Below are positions 9,080 through 19,226 of a stretch of 64,000 nt of DNA, piece after piece. Position 1 is the first letter of the stretch, and each line of letters opens with the position of its first letter. The stretch lies in the NCBI GenBank assembly GCA_965227775.1, contig OZ245777.1:1952001-2016000 (forward strand), written 5' to 3'. The notes beneath the pieces were generated by a model, which made no database searches, had not been told where the DNA came from, and saw only the letters and a list, made by a program, of their open reading frames with translations. This DNA is from Phycisphaerales bacterium (GTDB taxonomy: Bacteria; Planctomycetota; Phycisphaerae; Phycisphaerales; UBA1924). Position numbers and translations under genes: made by a program.

Positions 9080-10273
9080 TCAGCGTTCGTCGGCCAGCTG
9101 TTCAAGCTCGAGCCGCTGCAGGCGGCGGCGGAAGTCCGAGATCAACTGCTGGGGCTGGCCGACATTGCGGAACACATCGATGTGGTAGGGAACGATCGCT
9201 TCCTTGTACCGTTCGAGCAGGCCGATCATCTGCTGCAATTTGGCACGTTGCTGACCGCGCTGGCGTCGACGCTCGTTCCATTCGTCCGAGTTGACCTGGA
9301 TCTCGTTGTACTCGCGCCACAGGCGAGACAGGGCGTCTTCGGTGCGCTTGATGCTGTCGGACCAGTTGTTCATGATCCGGTCGCCGTCGCCGACCATCTC
9401 ATAGTTCCGGGCGATGCCCAGCTCGAAAAGCAAGTCATCGATCGAACTCGCCGTGCCCTTCGAGATGCCGAGCACGCGGGCAGTCTCGGCGTCCAGTGTC
9501 AGCCAGTTGGTGCCGCGGCCGCGGGCCAAGTCTTCGATGGAATCCTGCTTGCCCTCTTGCAGCGCGTTGTTGGTCAGGAGGAACTCATCAGTGCTCTGGG
9601 GTTCGCGCTCGAGGTACACCGGCCGACCGCCCTCGAGGCGGTAAGACAGGGTGTAGTCGCCGCGGGCCATCGCTTCGATGATCTTGGGCTCGTAGCCCGA
9701 AGCGATGACCATGCCCTTGGCGGTCGCCAGGCTGGCGGCCACCAGCTTCTCCTTCACCACCTCATCGCCCTGCTGGAACTGCAGGTAGACGCCGCGGATG
9801 CCGCCGATGCGGCCTTCGGGGTGGAAGTACATCGTGTCGGACAGGAATGGCAGGAATGCCGCGCTGCCCATCGCGTTCTTCACCCAGAACACGATTGTGG
9901 GTTCTTCGTCCCAGACTTCCAGTGCTTCCTTGGTGAACACCGGGCGAATCGGACGGATGCCGAAGATGTCGAAGATGCCCGAGTCGTCGGACTGCTCCTG
10001 CTCCAGCGGATCACCGTACTGGAACCAGTCGACGTCGACTTGGATGATGATGTAGTCGGCATCGAGCTCGCGTGCCTCTTCCATCGCCTCGGTCAGCGGG
10101 GTAAAGGAAATGTCCTTGCCAAACCAGCCGTCCGCCGTGAAGCTGTACACCTTGGCCGGCTCCTGCTGGGCCAGCGCCGGGCCGGCGGCCAGCAGCAACG
10201 CGGCGACAGCACCCGTCGCGGCCTGACGCAGGCGATCGCGAAGCCCTCGCCTTGCACTTTCTTGCGTGATCAT
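9080..10273 (-). CDS. Exported ClpP/crotonase-fold (NfeD N-domain-like) protein, paralog B
   Basis: Signal peptide ending ALA-QQ; NAMGSAAFL..MYF..GRIGG, VKEKL, LTLDAETARVLGISKG; start trimmed to MITQES. Confidence 0.65.
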   Translation of the reverse strand: MITQESARRGLRDRLRQAATGAVAALLLAAGPALAQQEPAKVYSFTADGWFGKDISFTPLTEAMEEARELDADYIIIQVDVDWFQYGDPLEQEQSDDSGIFDIFGIRPIRPVFTKEALEVWDEEPTIVFWVKNAMGSAAFLPFLSDTMYFHPEGRIGGIRGVYLQFQQGDEVVKEKLVAASLATAKGMVIASGYEPKIIEAMARGDYTLSYRLEGGRPVYLEREPQSTDEFLLTNNALQEGKQDSIEDLARGRGTNWLTLDAETARVLGISKGTASSIDDLLFELGIARNYEMVGDGDRIMNNWSDSIKRTEDALSRLWREYNEIQVNSDEWNERRRQRGQQRAKLQQMIGLLERYKEAIVPYHIDVFRNVGQPQQLISDFRRRLQRLELEQLADER

Positions 10274-10334
10274 CGTGTTCGGGCCTCCATCACTTGCAGG
10301 CCCCGGGCCGAGCCCTTCGCCCCGGGTGCCAGAT

Positions 10335-11666
10335 CTAGTTGATTTCAGGATCGTTGCCCGGATTGGGCCTCGATCCATCAGATTCGACGCTCATCGCCGC
10401 CAGATGTTCCAGCAACGCGTTCCGATCCGACGCTCCACCAGCCAATTGACGATCGTAGAGGGCCTCCAAAACCCTAGCAAAATCCGGTCCTGGCTGGCAT
10501 CCTCGAGCGATCAGGTCCTCACCGGTCACCCAAGGTTCGGGTGCGAGACCTCCCGGTTCGGCTGCCAACACCTGGACGCGCTCTTGAATCGACCGGGATT
10601 GTTCGGGGTTTTCTGTGCTGATCACCGCCATCGCTTCCTCAAAACCCGCTGACGAGGCCAGTCGTTTTTGGCGGGCCTTGCCGGCATGCTCAAAGTCGCC
10701 CAGCACCTCGATCCGTCGGATGAGGCAGGCTTCCAGGATGGCGGTCTCTTCATTGCTTAGGCACAGGGCTTGTCGCACCTGCCGAACCAGCGGCCGCACA
10801 ACCTCAGCTTTGACGCCCTGCCCCCGATCAAGGAGCCACGCCGCGAGCGAGACCATGGTGCGAGCGTCCGCGGGCAGCGCGCTCAGCCTTGGGTGCGATC
10901 TTCCGGCTCCGATGGGCTGGGCCGCGAGCATCGGTCCGTCGAGCCCCAGTTGCTCGAGCGTTGCCGCGGCCCGCTGCCTGGTCTCATGCGCGAGCATGCG
11001 GCGCAGCTCGGCACCGACGCGTTCCCGGCTCACACCTTCCAGCTCGCGCGCGTGCTCGGCGATCGCTTGCGCTGTGCCGGATTCGATATCGAAACCCAGA
11101 CGCGCCGCAAACCGCACGGCACGGAGCGCCCGGAGGTGGTCTTCCGCCAGCCGGCGGTGGGGGTCGCCAACCGCACGAACAACGCCCGTCCCGAGGTCGG
11201 CCACGCCGCCAACAAGGTCGATCACCCGGCCCGACGCCTTCCGGCCCGATGGGCATTGCGTCCATTCCGCCTCGTCGGCCAAGGGATCCAGGAACAGCGC
11301 GTTGATCGTGAAGTCTCGCCGCTCGGCATCCGACTGCGCATCGCTGAACGTCACCTCGTCCGGGCGCCTGCGATCCGTGTACACGCCGTCGCTGCGGAAC
11401 GTCGCAACCTCGGTCCATACGCCGAGCTTGCGGATCTGGACCACGCCAAACTGTGCACCAACCAGCCGTGCGCCGCGAAACATCTTTGTGAGCCGATCGG
11501 GCGTGGCATCGGTGGCCACGTCATAGTCGCCCGGTGCAAGCCCCAGCAGCTCGTCGCGCACGCAGCCGCCGGCAAGGAACGCCTCGTGCCCTTTGGCGCG
11601 CAGTTGCTTAATGACGGCAATCGCCGCCGCGCGCCCGTCGCTGGTCGTGTCAGCCGGTGGCGTCAT
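10335..11666 (-). CDS. cca: CCA tRNA nucleotidyltransferase
   Basis: AGGCVRDELLG, DYDVAT, EVATFRSD, RRDFTINAL, EDHLRALRAVRF. Confidence 0.9.
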   Translation of the reverse strand: MTPPADTTSDGRAAAIAVIKQLRAKGHEAFLAGGCVRDELLGLAPGDYDVATDATPDRLTKMFRGARLVGAQFGVVQIRKLGVWTEVATFRSDGVYTDRRRPDEVTFSDAQSDAERRDFTINALFLDPLADEAEWTQCPSGRKASGRVIDLVGGVADLGTGVVRAVGDPHRRLAEDHLRALRAVRFAARLGFDIESGTAQAIAEHARELEGVSRERVGAELRRMLAHETRQRAAATLEQLGLDGPMLAAQPIGAGRSHPRLSALPADARTMVSLAAWLLDRGQGVKAEVVRPLVRQVRQALCLSNEETAILEACLIRRIEVLGDFEHAGKARQKRLASSAGFEEAMAVISTENPEQSRSIQERVQVLAAEPGGLAPEPWVTGEDLIARGCQPGPDFARVLEALYDRQLAGGASDRNALLEHLAAMSVESDGSRPNPGNDPEIN

Positions 11667-11681
11667 CGGGTGGTCATGACC

Positions 11682-12458
11682 TCAGGCCTTTGGCGGATGG
11701 TCGCGGAGCGACTTGATCTCGTCTCGGAGGATGGCCGCGAGTTCGTAGTTCTCTGCCTCGAGCGCGCGTTCGAGCCGGGACTCGAGCTCGGCCGCCTGGC
11801 TTGGCATGAGCTTGGGATGGATCGCCTCACGCATGCCCACCAGTGTGCGACGCTCGGCCGAAGACTCGAAGGCCTCGGGCTCACCCACCTCGGCGAAAGC
11901 CTGCTGCAGCCCGTCGAGCCCCTCGTCGATCATGGCGACCGCCGCCTTGGTCTCGTTCGCGCGGATCATCTGGCCCGCCAGGGCCCGCGTCCGCACCGTG
12001 ATGATGAACGGGCGGTAGTGCATCATCGATCGCTGGTCGTTTTCCTCCATGGCGTGCTTTTGCAGGAACTCGATGAGCCGAAGGTTGCGTCCAGTATCTC
12101 GGATCACCCCGTCGAAGTCGTTGAGCACCAGCAGAGCCACGTAGCGGTGGTAGTACTGGGCGGCTTCCTCTCGCAGGATCTTGCAGTCGTCGGGCGAGAG
12201 CGAGAATCCCTCGCCATCGCCGCCCTCCTCGGCCAGAACGTCCGCGTCGTCGGCCAGGCTTTCGAAGTATTCGAGCAAGCTCCGATAACCATGAGCCAGC
12301 CGGCCGTCCGGGCGACCATCTACGTGCATCTGCAGGAGCCCTAAGTCCAGTCGTACCTGGAGCAAAGGCTCTCCGTCGTCGCCTTGGATCAGGCGAATGT
12401 TGGGACGGGTCCGATCAAACGGCCAGTCTTCGAGAATGTCCGATATGTCACGGTTCAT
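11682..12458 (-). CDS. UvrB/UvrC (UVR) motif-containing protein
   Basis: C-terminal LERALEAENYELAAILRDEI; N-terminal LQVRLDLGLLQM..GRPDG; start trimmed to MNRDIS. Confidence 0.8.
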   Translation of the reverse strand: MNRDISDILEDWPFDRTRPNIRLIQGDDGEPLLQVRLDLGLLQMHVDGRPDGRLAHGYRSLLEYFESLADDADVLAEEGGDGEGFSLSPDDCKILREEAAQYYHRYVALLVLNDFDGVIRDTGRNLRLIEFLQKHAMEENDQRSMMHYRPFIITVRTRALAGQMIRANETKAAVAMIDEGLDGLQQAFAEVGEPEAFESSAERRTLVGMREAIHPKLMPSQAAELESRLERALEAENYELAAILRDEIKSLRDHPPKA

Positions 12459-12800
12459 CGATGATTTCGGGTTCATGGGGCTCAAAAAGGCTTGCAGCGG
12501 CCTGGGGTCTTTGGGTAGCATAGTGCTCGAGGAAGTCTCACCCGCGTTCGCTGACGCCGCAATCCCGCGCTTCTTTGAGGAGAGAGGCAAGACGGGCTTC
12601 GGCACAGGCGGATTATTTTCGCCTGTTGGGTGAACCCGACCTCGTTGGCGTCCGTGCGCCCGGAATGGATTTGAGCAACTTGCGCGGTAGCTCGATGAAT
12701 CCGTTGCGGCTGGCGGGCGAATACGTGGTAGGAGGACGGTGTGCTGCCCGTTGTTTCTCGTGGGGGCACATCGCGAAAGGTGGGATGAGTAGTGAGTGCG

Positions 12801-13751
12801 ATGACCGGTAACCAATCTGCCAGTTCGGGGCTGCGCTCCGAGTTGCAGCTATACCTTGACGAGATCAAGCAGACGCCCTTGCTGACCGCTGAAGAAGAGC
12901 GGGAGTTGGGCTATCGGATCCAGCGAGAGAACTGCCCCGATGCACGGGAGCGGATGATCCGGGCGAACCTTCGCCTGGTCGTTGCGATCGCCAAGAACTT
13001 CGCCAACCGCGGCCTCGTGCTGTCGGACCTGATCGAAGAGGGCAATATCGGCCTGATGCGCGCGGTCGAGGGCTTCGACCCCGACCAGGGCGCCCGCTTC
13101 AGCACGTATGCCTCGTGGTGGATCAAGCAGGCCATCAAGCGGGCCCTGATCAACGCATCGCGGCCGATCCACGTGCCTGCGTACATGGTTGAGCTGATCG
13201 CCCGCATGCGTCAGGTTTCGCGTGAGCTCGAGGGCGAGACGGGCTTTGCCCCCTCCATCGAGCAGATCGCCGAAGCAATGGACCTGCCGGTCAAGAAGGT
13301 TCGCGCGATCCGCCGTGCCATCCGGGCGACCCGCGCCCAGACCCAGCCGGCCTCGGGCGACGATAACACGCCGGGCCTGTCCGACGTGGTCGCCGATGAC
13401 CGCTACGCGCCGCCCAGCGATCGCCCGCTGCAAACCGACGAGATGGCCACCCTGCGTCGCCTCATGGAGACCATCGACGACCGTGAGGCCGCCATCCTGA
13501 ACGCCCGCTTCGGTCTCGACGGGCGCGACCCGCTCACGCTGAAGCAGGTCGCCGAGCGCGTTGGTCTCAGCCGTGAGCGTGTCCGCCAGATCGTCGACGA
13601 GGCGATCACGCGGCTGAACGCACAGCTGACCGATGAGCGCCCGAGCCGGTTCTTCCGCGAGAACCGCACCCGCACGGGTGACCCGCTCAGCCCGCAGCGT
13701 GCCAGGGCCCGTGCCATGGCCGCCGCCGCCCGAGCTCGCTCGGCAGGCTGA
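12801..13751 (+). CDS. RNA polymerase sigma-70 factor (RpoD/SigA-like, lacking region 1.1)
   Basis: [65 protein letters not shown]. Confidence 0.92.
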   Translation: MTGNQSASSGLRSELQLYLDEIKQTPLLTAEEERELGYRIQRENCPDARERMIRANLRLVVAIAKNFANRGLVLSDLIEEGNIGLMRAVEGFDPDQGARFSTYASWWIKQAIKRALINASRPIHVPAYMVELIARMRQVSRELEGETGFAPSIEQIAEAMDLPVKKVRAIRRAIRATRAQTQPASGDDNTPGLSDVVADDRYAPPSDRPLQTDEMATLRRLMETIDDREAAILNARFGLDGRDPLTLKQVAERVGLSRERVRQIVDEAITRLNAQLTDERPSRFFRENRTRTGDPLSPQRARARAMAAAARARSAG

Positions 13752-13777
13752 TCCTGATTCCAGATTGACCAAGTCAG

Positions 13778-13802
13778 GCCCGGGCAAGAACCCGGGCTTT
13801 TT
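13778..13802 (+). terminator. Intrinsic terminator after the sigma factor gene
   Basis: GCCCGGG-CAAGAA-CCCGGGC-TTTTT. Confidence 0.8.
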
Positions 13803-13811
13803 CGTGCGCGG

Positions 13812-14159
13812 TCAGTGCTTCACGCCCTCAACCCGTCCGGGGTCGGTGTACTTGCTCACGGCTTTGCCCAGGTCGACGCCGGCGATGTTGGCAAGCGTGG
13901 TGAGCCAGGCCAGCACGTCGGCGAACTCTTCCTCGAGATTCGCGCGGTCGGCCTCGCTCGGGTTGCGATCGGGGGCGCAGTCCTGGAGGGAGGTGGCCAG
14001 TTCACCAACCTCCTCGATCAGCCACATGAAGGTGCCCGGCACGCCCCTGGCGCTGTCGGTGGCGTGGTAGCGTTCGCGTATGAGCCGCTGGAAGTCCTGC
14101 AGGGTCATGTCGGGGCCAGAATTCGGGCTCTGCGAGGGCGTTGGGGCTCGGTCGCTCAT
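13812..14159 (-). CDS. MazG-like nucleotide pyrophosphohydrolase
   Basis: WLIEEVGELA..EEEFADVLAWL; start may be MTLQDF at 14108. Confidence 0.85.
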   Translation of the reverse strand: MSDRAPTPSQSPNSGPDMTLQDFQRLIRERYHATDSARGVPGTFMWLIEEVGELATSLQDCAPDRNPSEADRANLEEEFADVLAWLTTLANIAGVDLGKAVSKYTDPGRVEGVKH

Positions 14160-14272
14160 GACGCCACGGTAGACCGCACGCGTGCGTGGGCGCTATACTC
14201 GGGGCCCTGCCGAGAGGTCTCGGCGGGTCTCGCCGTGGATCGACGACCCGAATGCCAGGAATCTAGCCGCGT

Positions 14273-14644
<372 letters not shown>

Positions 14645-14800
14645 GCCCGCCTCGTCGGCCGGCGCGCGAGAGCGTGTGGGTGCGGCTTTCGTCTGTAGTT
14701 TCGTTCGATACAAGGCAAGTAATCCCGCTCCTTGGCCTCATCGGAGCGGGGTGAACACACGGTCGGCCTCGCGTCGACGGATGAGCCAAAGGAGTCTCGC

Positions 14801-15292
14801 ATGGCCGGTCGCATTACCGCGTCCGAGGATCAGCTTCGTCCCGATCCTCGCTACAACGACATCACCCTGGCAAAGTTCATCAACTGCGTGATGCGCGACG
14901 GCAAGAAGACCCGCGCCACGCGTGTCGTCTATGACGCGATGGACCTCATCGACGAGAAGCTGAAGAAAGAGAACAACCCCGACGCGCCGGAAGACGCGCT
15001 CACGCTATTCCTGATGGCCATCGATAACGTGAAGCCGTACGTCGAGGTGCGCAGCAAGCGCATCGGTGGTGCCAACTACCAGGTGCCCCAGCAGGTGAAG
15101 GGCCGCCGCCAGCAAAGCCTCGCGTTTCGCTGGATCATCACCAGCGCCCGCGGCGAGAAGGGCCGCCCGATGGCGGGCCGCCTGGCCGACGAGCTCTACA
15201 ACGCCGCTCGTGGTGAGGGCAAGGCCATGACCATCCGCGATCAGACCCACCGCATGGCTGACGCGAATAAGGCCTTTGCCCACTTCGCGTAG
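14801..15292 (+). CDS. rpsG: 30S ribosomal protein S7
   Basis: [49 protein letters not shown] upstream. Confidence 0.97.
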   Translation: MAGRITASEDQLRPDPRYNDITLAKFINCVMRDGKKTRATRVVYDAMDLIDEKLKKENNPDAPEDALTLFLMAIDNVKPYVEVRSKRIGGANYQVPQQVKGRRQQSLAFRWIITSARGEKGRPMAGRLADELYNAARGEGKAMTIRDQTHRMADANKAFAHFA

Positions 15293-15320
15293 GGCCGCTT
15301 AGCGACTGTCCCCCGTCAAG

Positions 15321-15345
15321 GCCGCGAGTTCGCTCGCGGTTTTTT
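15321..15345 (+). terminator. Intrinsic terminator after rpsG
   Basis: CCGCGAG-TTCG-CTCGCGG-TTTTTT. Confidence 0.9.
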
Positions 15346-15365
15346 GGTGCGCGTAAAGTCTGTTC

Positions 15366-16421
15366 ATGGGTCTTCAGGTCGATCGCTACCACAGGCAGAC
15401 GCTGCTCCCCGAGATTGGAGTAGTGGGGCAGGAGCGCCTCGCACACGGCCGAGTGCTCGTCGTTGGATGCGGGGCGCTCGGTTGCGCGCAGGCCGACCAG
15501 TTGGTTCGCGCTGGCGTGGGGCACGTGCGCATCGTTGATCGCGACGTTGTGGAGACCACAAACCTGCAGCGACAGGTGCTGTATGCCGAGGCAGACGTTG
15601 GCAAGGCCAAGGCGCTCGCAGCTGCCGAACGGTTGCGGGCGATCAACTCAAGCGTCGCGGTGGAGCCGATTGCCACCGACGCGACGCACGAGAACATCCA
15701 GGAACTTGCCGGGGGCGTAGACGCCATCCTCGACGGCACCGACAACTTTGAAACGCGGTTTCTACTCAACGATGTTTCGGTGAAGCATGGCGTGCCGTAC
15801 ATCTACGGCGGTGTTATCGCCAGTCGCGGCATGACGGCGACGTTCATTCCCGGCGAGGGTGCGCATTCGACACCCTGTCTGCGGTGCGTGCTTCCCGAGG
15901 CGCCGCCCCCGGGGAGCACGCCGACGTGCGACACTGCCGGCGTGCTGGGGCCCGCGGTTTCGATCGTCGCCGCACACCAGGCTGTTGATGCGATGAAGGT
16001 ATTGCTGGGTAGGTTCGACCTGCTCAGCAGCGCGATGTACGAGTTCGACCTCTTGGGTGGTGCGCAGCGGCGGTTCGCGCTCGCAGACATTGCGGGCGAT
16101 CGCGCCGCGTGCCGATGCTGCGGGCAGAAGCGATTTGACGCCCTCGAAGGCCTCGGCGGGAACACGGCGCAGGCGCTATGCGGGCGCGGCGCGGTTCAGG
16201 TGTCGCCGGCCGTGGACTCGGTGATCGGCCTCGATGAACTCGCCAGCCGGCTGGAATTGCACGGACCCTGCCGCCGCATCGGCCCTCTGTTAAAGGCCGA
16301 GGCGACGCAGGGCGACAGGCGGTTTGGTCTGACGGTCTTTCCCGATGGCCGCGCGATCATCTCGGGCACCGAAGATCTCGCCGAGGCTCGGTCAATCTAT
16401 GCGCGCCTGATCGGGGCCTAG
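15366..16421 (+). CDS. ThiF/MoeB family adenylyltransferase
   Basis: [39 protein letters not shown]. Confidence 0.9.
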   Translation: MGLQVDRYHRQTLLPEIGVVGQERLAHGRVLVVGCGALGCAQADQLVRAGVGHVRIVDRDVVETTNLQRQVLYAEADVGKAKALAAAERLRAINSSVAVEPIATDATHENIQELAGGVDAILDGTDNFETRFLLNDVSVKHGVPYIYGGVIASRGMTATFIPGEGAHSTPCLRCVLPEAPPPGSTPTCDTAGVLGPAVSIVAAHQAVDAMKVLLGRFDLLSSAMYEFDLLGGAQRRFALADIAGDRAACRCCGQKRFDALEGLGGNTAQALCGRGAVQVSPAVDSVIGLDELASRLELHGPCRRIGPLLKAEATQGDRRFGLTVFPDGRAIISGTEDLAEARSIYARLIGA

Positions 16422-17173
16422 GCCTCGGCCATCTCGGCGGTGACGACGTTGTCCGAGAAGCTCTGGTAGGCTCCGCCGACTTGCTTGGCCATTCTGTCGG
16501 GCCACACGTGGAAGTCGCCGCTCTGGAACGCCGCGAGGATGGCGTCGGCCACGAGACTCGGCGGCTCGGCGACATCGTCGAGCCCGGCTTGGCTTCCCAT
16601 ATCGGTGGCGATGGGGCCTGGGTGTACGCTGAAGACAGCCGTGCCCTGCTCGCCGAGTTGGGCGCGCAACCCCTGCGTGATTGCGTACGACGCGGCTTTC
16701 GAGGCGCAATAGGTGGCGAAATCGGGGAAGGTCTTCATCGATACGACCGAGTTCAGCTGCACGAATGCACCTCCACCGTTCGACTTCAGCACCGGCGCAA
16801 ACGCGCGGGCCGCGCGCATTAGCCCGTACACGTTCGAGTCAATCTCGAACTGCAGGGACTCGAACGCGTCGTCGGCAAGGGCGTTGGACGTGCGCAGCAC
16901 GCCGGCGTTATTGATGACAACTTCGACGTCCGAGGCCGACTTGGCCGCATCGTTGATGGTTGCGTCGTTTGTCAGATCGAAAGGCACGGCGACGACCCGA
17001 TCGCCGTGGGCGCCGATCAACGGTTGGGCTGACTCGGGCCGGCGAACGGCGGCGTAGACCTTGGCAGCGCCGGCCTCGAGGAGGCCTTCGGTGATGGCCT
17101 TGCCGATGCCGCGATTCGCGCCGGTGACCAGCGCGACCTTGCCCTTGATGTCGATCGTGTTGTTGGTGCTCAT
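16418..17173 (-). CDS. Short-chain dehydrogenase/reductase
   Basis: [26 protein letters not shown]. Confidence 0.92.
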   Translation of the reverse strand: MSTNNTIDIKGKVALVTGANRGIGKAITEGLLEAGAAKVYAAVRRPESAQPLIGAHGDRVVAVPFDLTNDATINDAAKSASDVEVVINNAGVLRTSNALADDAFESLQFEIDSNVYGLMRAARAFAPVLKSNGGGAFVQLNSVVSMKTFPDFATYCASKAASYAITQGLRAQLGEQGTAVFSVHPGPIATDMGSQAGLDDVAEPPSLVADAILAAFQSGDFHVWPDRMAKQVGGAYQSFSDNVVTAEMAEA

Positions 17174-17258
17174 CTGCCGTCTCCTTCGATGGGGTTTGGA
17201 GTCGAGCCGCCGGGGTCATGCCGGCGGCGGATCAGATGAATGCATCTGCATCGATTGA

Positions 17259-17900
17259 TTATTCCGGTTCCCCCGCGGCATCGGCCCGCCGCACCGCCCG
17301 GCAGAACTTCCGCACGAGGTCTGGGCTCTTTGTACCCGGGCCGCTTTCGACGCCGCTGGAAACACTGACGCCCCAGGGCCTTGCGGCTTTGACAACGCCG
17401 CCGACGTTGTCCGGTGTGAGTCCGCCGGCCAGGATGATGCGAGCCTGCGAGAGCGCGATCGGGCGGCTGAGCTTCGGTGCGAGGTCGCCCCAGTCGGCTC
17501 CGGTGGGTGCTTCTATCAAGATTGCGCAAACCTCTTCGATGCCCTGCCAATGCCGGAGCGTCGCGTCGAGGCTCGTCGCGTCGTAGCGCACGGCCTTGAT
17601 CGCGTCCGGGCCGATGCGGCGAACAAGGTTGTCCTTCTCTGAGCCGTGGAGCTGGCTGTATGGCGCGGGACAGACTGCCTCGGTGTCGAGGAAGTCGTCG
17701 AGCGTCGGGTCGGCGTAGACCGCGACGGCCGTGGTCATCGGCGGCAGCGAGGCCAGGATGTCGGCGGCGAGCTGCGGATCGACGTGGCTCGTCGCGTCGG
17801 GGCGGAAGTCGAGACCGATCGCGTCGGCGCCGGCGTCGGCTGCGATCTCTGCCGTCTTCAGGTCTCGCACGCCGCAGATCTTGATCCGGGTCCTGGGCAT
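17259..17900 (-). CDS. trpF: Phosphoribosylanthranilate isomerase (divergent)
   Basis: RIKICG, GADAIG, QLHGSE, ILAGGLTPDNV, VSSGVES. Confidence 0.85.
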   Translation of the reverse strand: MPRTRIKICGVRDLKTAEIAADAGADAIGLDFRPDATSHVDPQLAADILASLPPMTTAVAVYADPTLDDFLDTEAVCPAPYSQLHGSEKDNLVRRIGPDAIKAVRYDATSLDATLRHWQGIEEVCAILIEAPTGADWGDLAPKLSRPIALSQARIILAGGLTPDNVGGVVKAARPWGVSVSSGVESGPGTKSPDLVRKFCRAVRRADAAGEPE

Positions 17901-19051
17901 CACGTCGCCTCCTGCGAGAGCGCATCGAAGTCGCTCTGCGCAACGGCCTTGAGTTCCTCGTCCTTCAATTGGAGCAAGGCCTGCCGCAAGAGCGACCGGG
18001 CCTTGGTGGCGTCGCCCAGGTGGTCGGCCAGCACGCGGGCGAGCAGCACGCGCACCATCGGAGCCTCGTCGTCGTCGCCATGGGCCTTGAGAAAGCCCTC
18101 GTACGCGCTCGCAGCGAGCTCGTACTGGGCCTTTTGGTAGAGCGTGTTGGCTAGATCGAGCTGTGCGTCGCGGGGCAGCCTCGTGTCCGCGTCGGCGTGA
18201 TTCTCGAGGAGCTTGCGATACATCGTGGCTGCCGACCCGGGCTTGCGAGCCTTCAGCGCCCGCGCCACTCCTTCGCGCAAATCAGCGGCGGCCTCTTCGG
18301 GAGTCTTCGGCTTCTCGCGCACGGGCTTTGTGGCCATGGGCTTGTCCAGCCCGGCACTCTGCACCGCGCTGCGGATCTGGCTGCGACGACGGCGCTGGTT
18401 GATGACCGTGAACAGGTCGTAGGGCTCTCGCGGGAGCACCCGCGTGGCGAGGAGGATGAACGAGATGGCCGCCCCGTAGAGGTAGCCGGCGAAGTGTGCC
18501 TCGACCGCGACGCCGAGCCCGCCGCGCGCCCAGGTGTAGACATCCCAGGAGACGGCCAGTGCGATGAACAGCCACGCCGGCCACAGCGACACGCTCACGA
18601 ACAAGATAAAGAAGACTTTCACGTGGGCGCGTGGGAACATGACGAGGTACGCGCCGGTGCAGCACGCGACGGCTCCCGAGGCCCCAATCACGCCGTCGTT
18701 GCTGAAGAGCGCGTGCGCCCCGGCGGTGGCGACCGCTCCGATGAGGTAGAACCCCGCGAAGCCCAGGTGACCAAAGCGATCCTCGACGGCTTGCGCGAAC
18801 ACCCAGAGGAAGACCATGTTTCCCAGCAGGTGCAGCGGACCGCCGTGTAAGAAGGCGTAGCTCAGCCAGGTCCACCAGGGGCTGTAGCCCGGCAGGAGCA
18901 CGAACCGGCCCACCTCGCCGCTCACCGGTGAGAGCGGGTCCTTGGTGACGGCCGACTGAACGAGGAACGCCACGACGTTAAGCATCAGCAGCGCATAGGT
19001 CACCACCGGCGTACGGCGGAGGGGTCGGTCGGTGCCCAGGGGGATTAGCAC
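17900..19051 (-). CDS. Rhomboid intramembrane serine protease with C-terminal TPR
   Basis: FLHGG..HLLGNM, GASGA, AHFAG; helical TPR-like tail; GTG start at LIPLGTD. Confidence 0.88.
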   Translation of the reverse strand: MLIPLGTDRPLRRTPVVTYALLMLNVVAFLVQSAVTKDPLSPVSGEVGRFVLLPGYSPWWTWLSYAFLHGGPLHLLGNMVFLWVFAQAVEDRFGHLGFAGFYLIGAVATAGAHALFSNDGVIGASGAVACCTGAYLVMFPRAHVKVFFILFVSVSLWPAWLFIALAVSWDVYTWARGGLGVAVEAHFAGYLYGAAISFILLATRVLPREPYDLFTVINQRRRRSQIRSAVQSAGLDKPMATKPVREKPKTPEEAAADLREGVARALKARKPGSAATMYRKLLENHADADTRLPRDAQLDLANTLYQKAQYELAASAYEGFLKAHGDDDEAPMVRVLLARVLADHLGDATKARSLLRQALLQLKDEELKAVAQSDFDALSQEAT

Positions 19052-19226
19052 GGCCGATGGTACCGCCATGCATGCTGCCCGTACCGCAATGGGGCTCGCA
19101 GGCCCGCGGACAGCCCGCATCGGGCGTTCCCCGGGCGAGCAGCCCGGCTAGACTGCCGACCTTCGGCCCGGTTCAGCCGGGCTACGAGACAACCCCCAAA
19201 CTTCGCCCGCAGGAGGATCGCAGAAG

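Noticed and set aside
5959..10342. Long plus-strand ORFs (559, 509 and 538 aa) and similar antisense ORFs elsewhere (27005..28903, 45557..46996, 59503..61350)
   Set aside because: They overlap well-supported opposite-strand genes and have no recognisable motifs. Stop-poor shadow frames are expected at high GC.
13812..14159. MazG-like gene as part of a toxin-antitoxin or anti-phage system
   Set aside because: It is a stand-alone housecleaning-type domain among core genes, with no partner toxin or defence genes.
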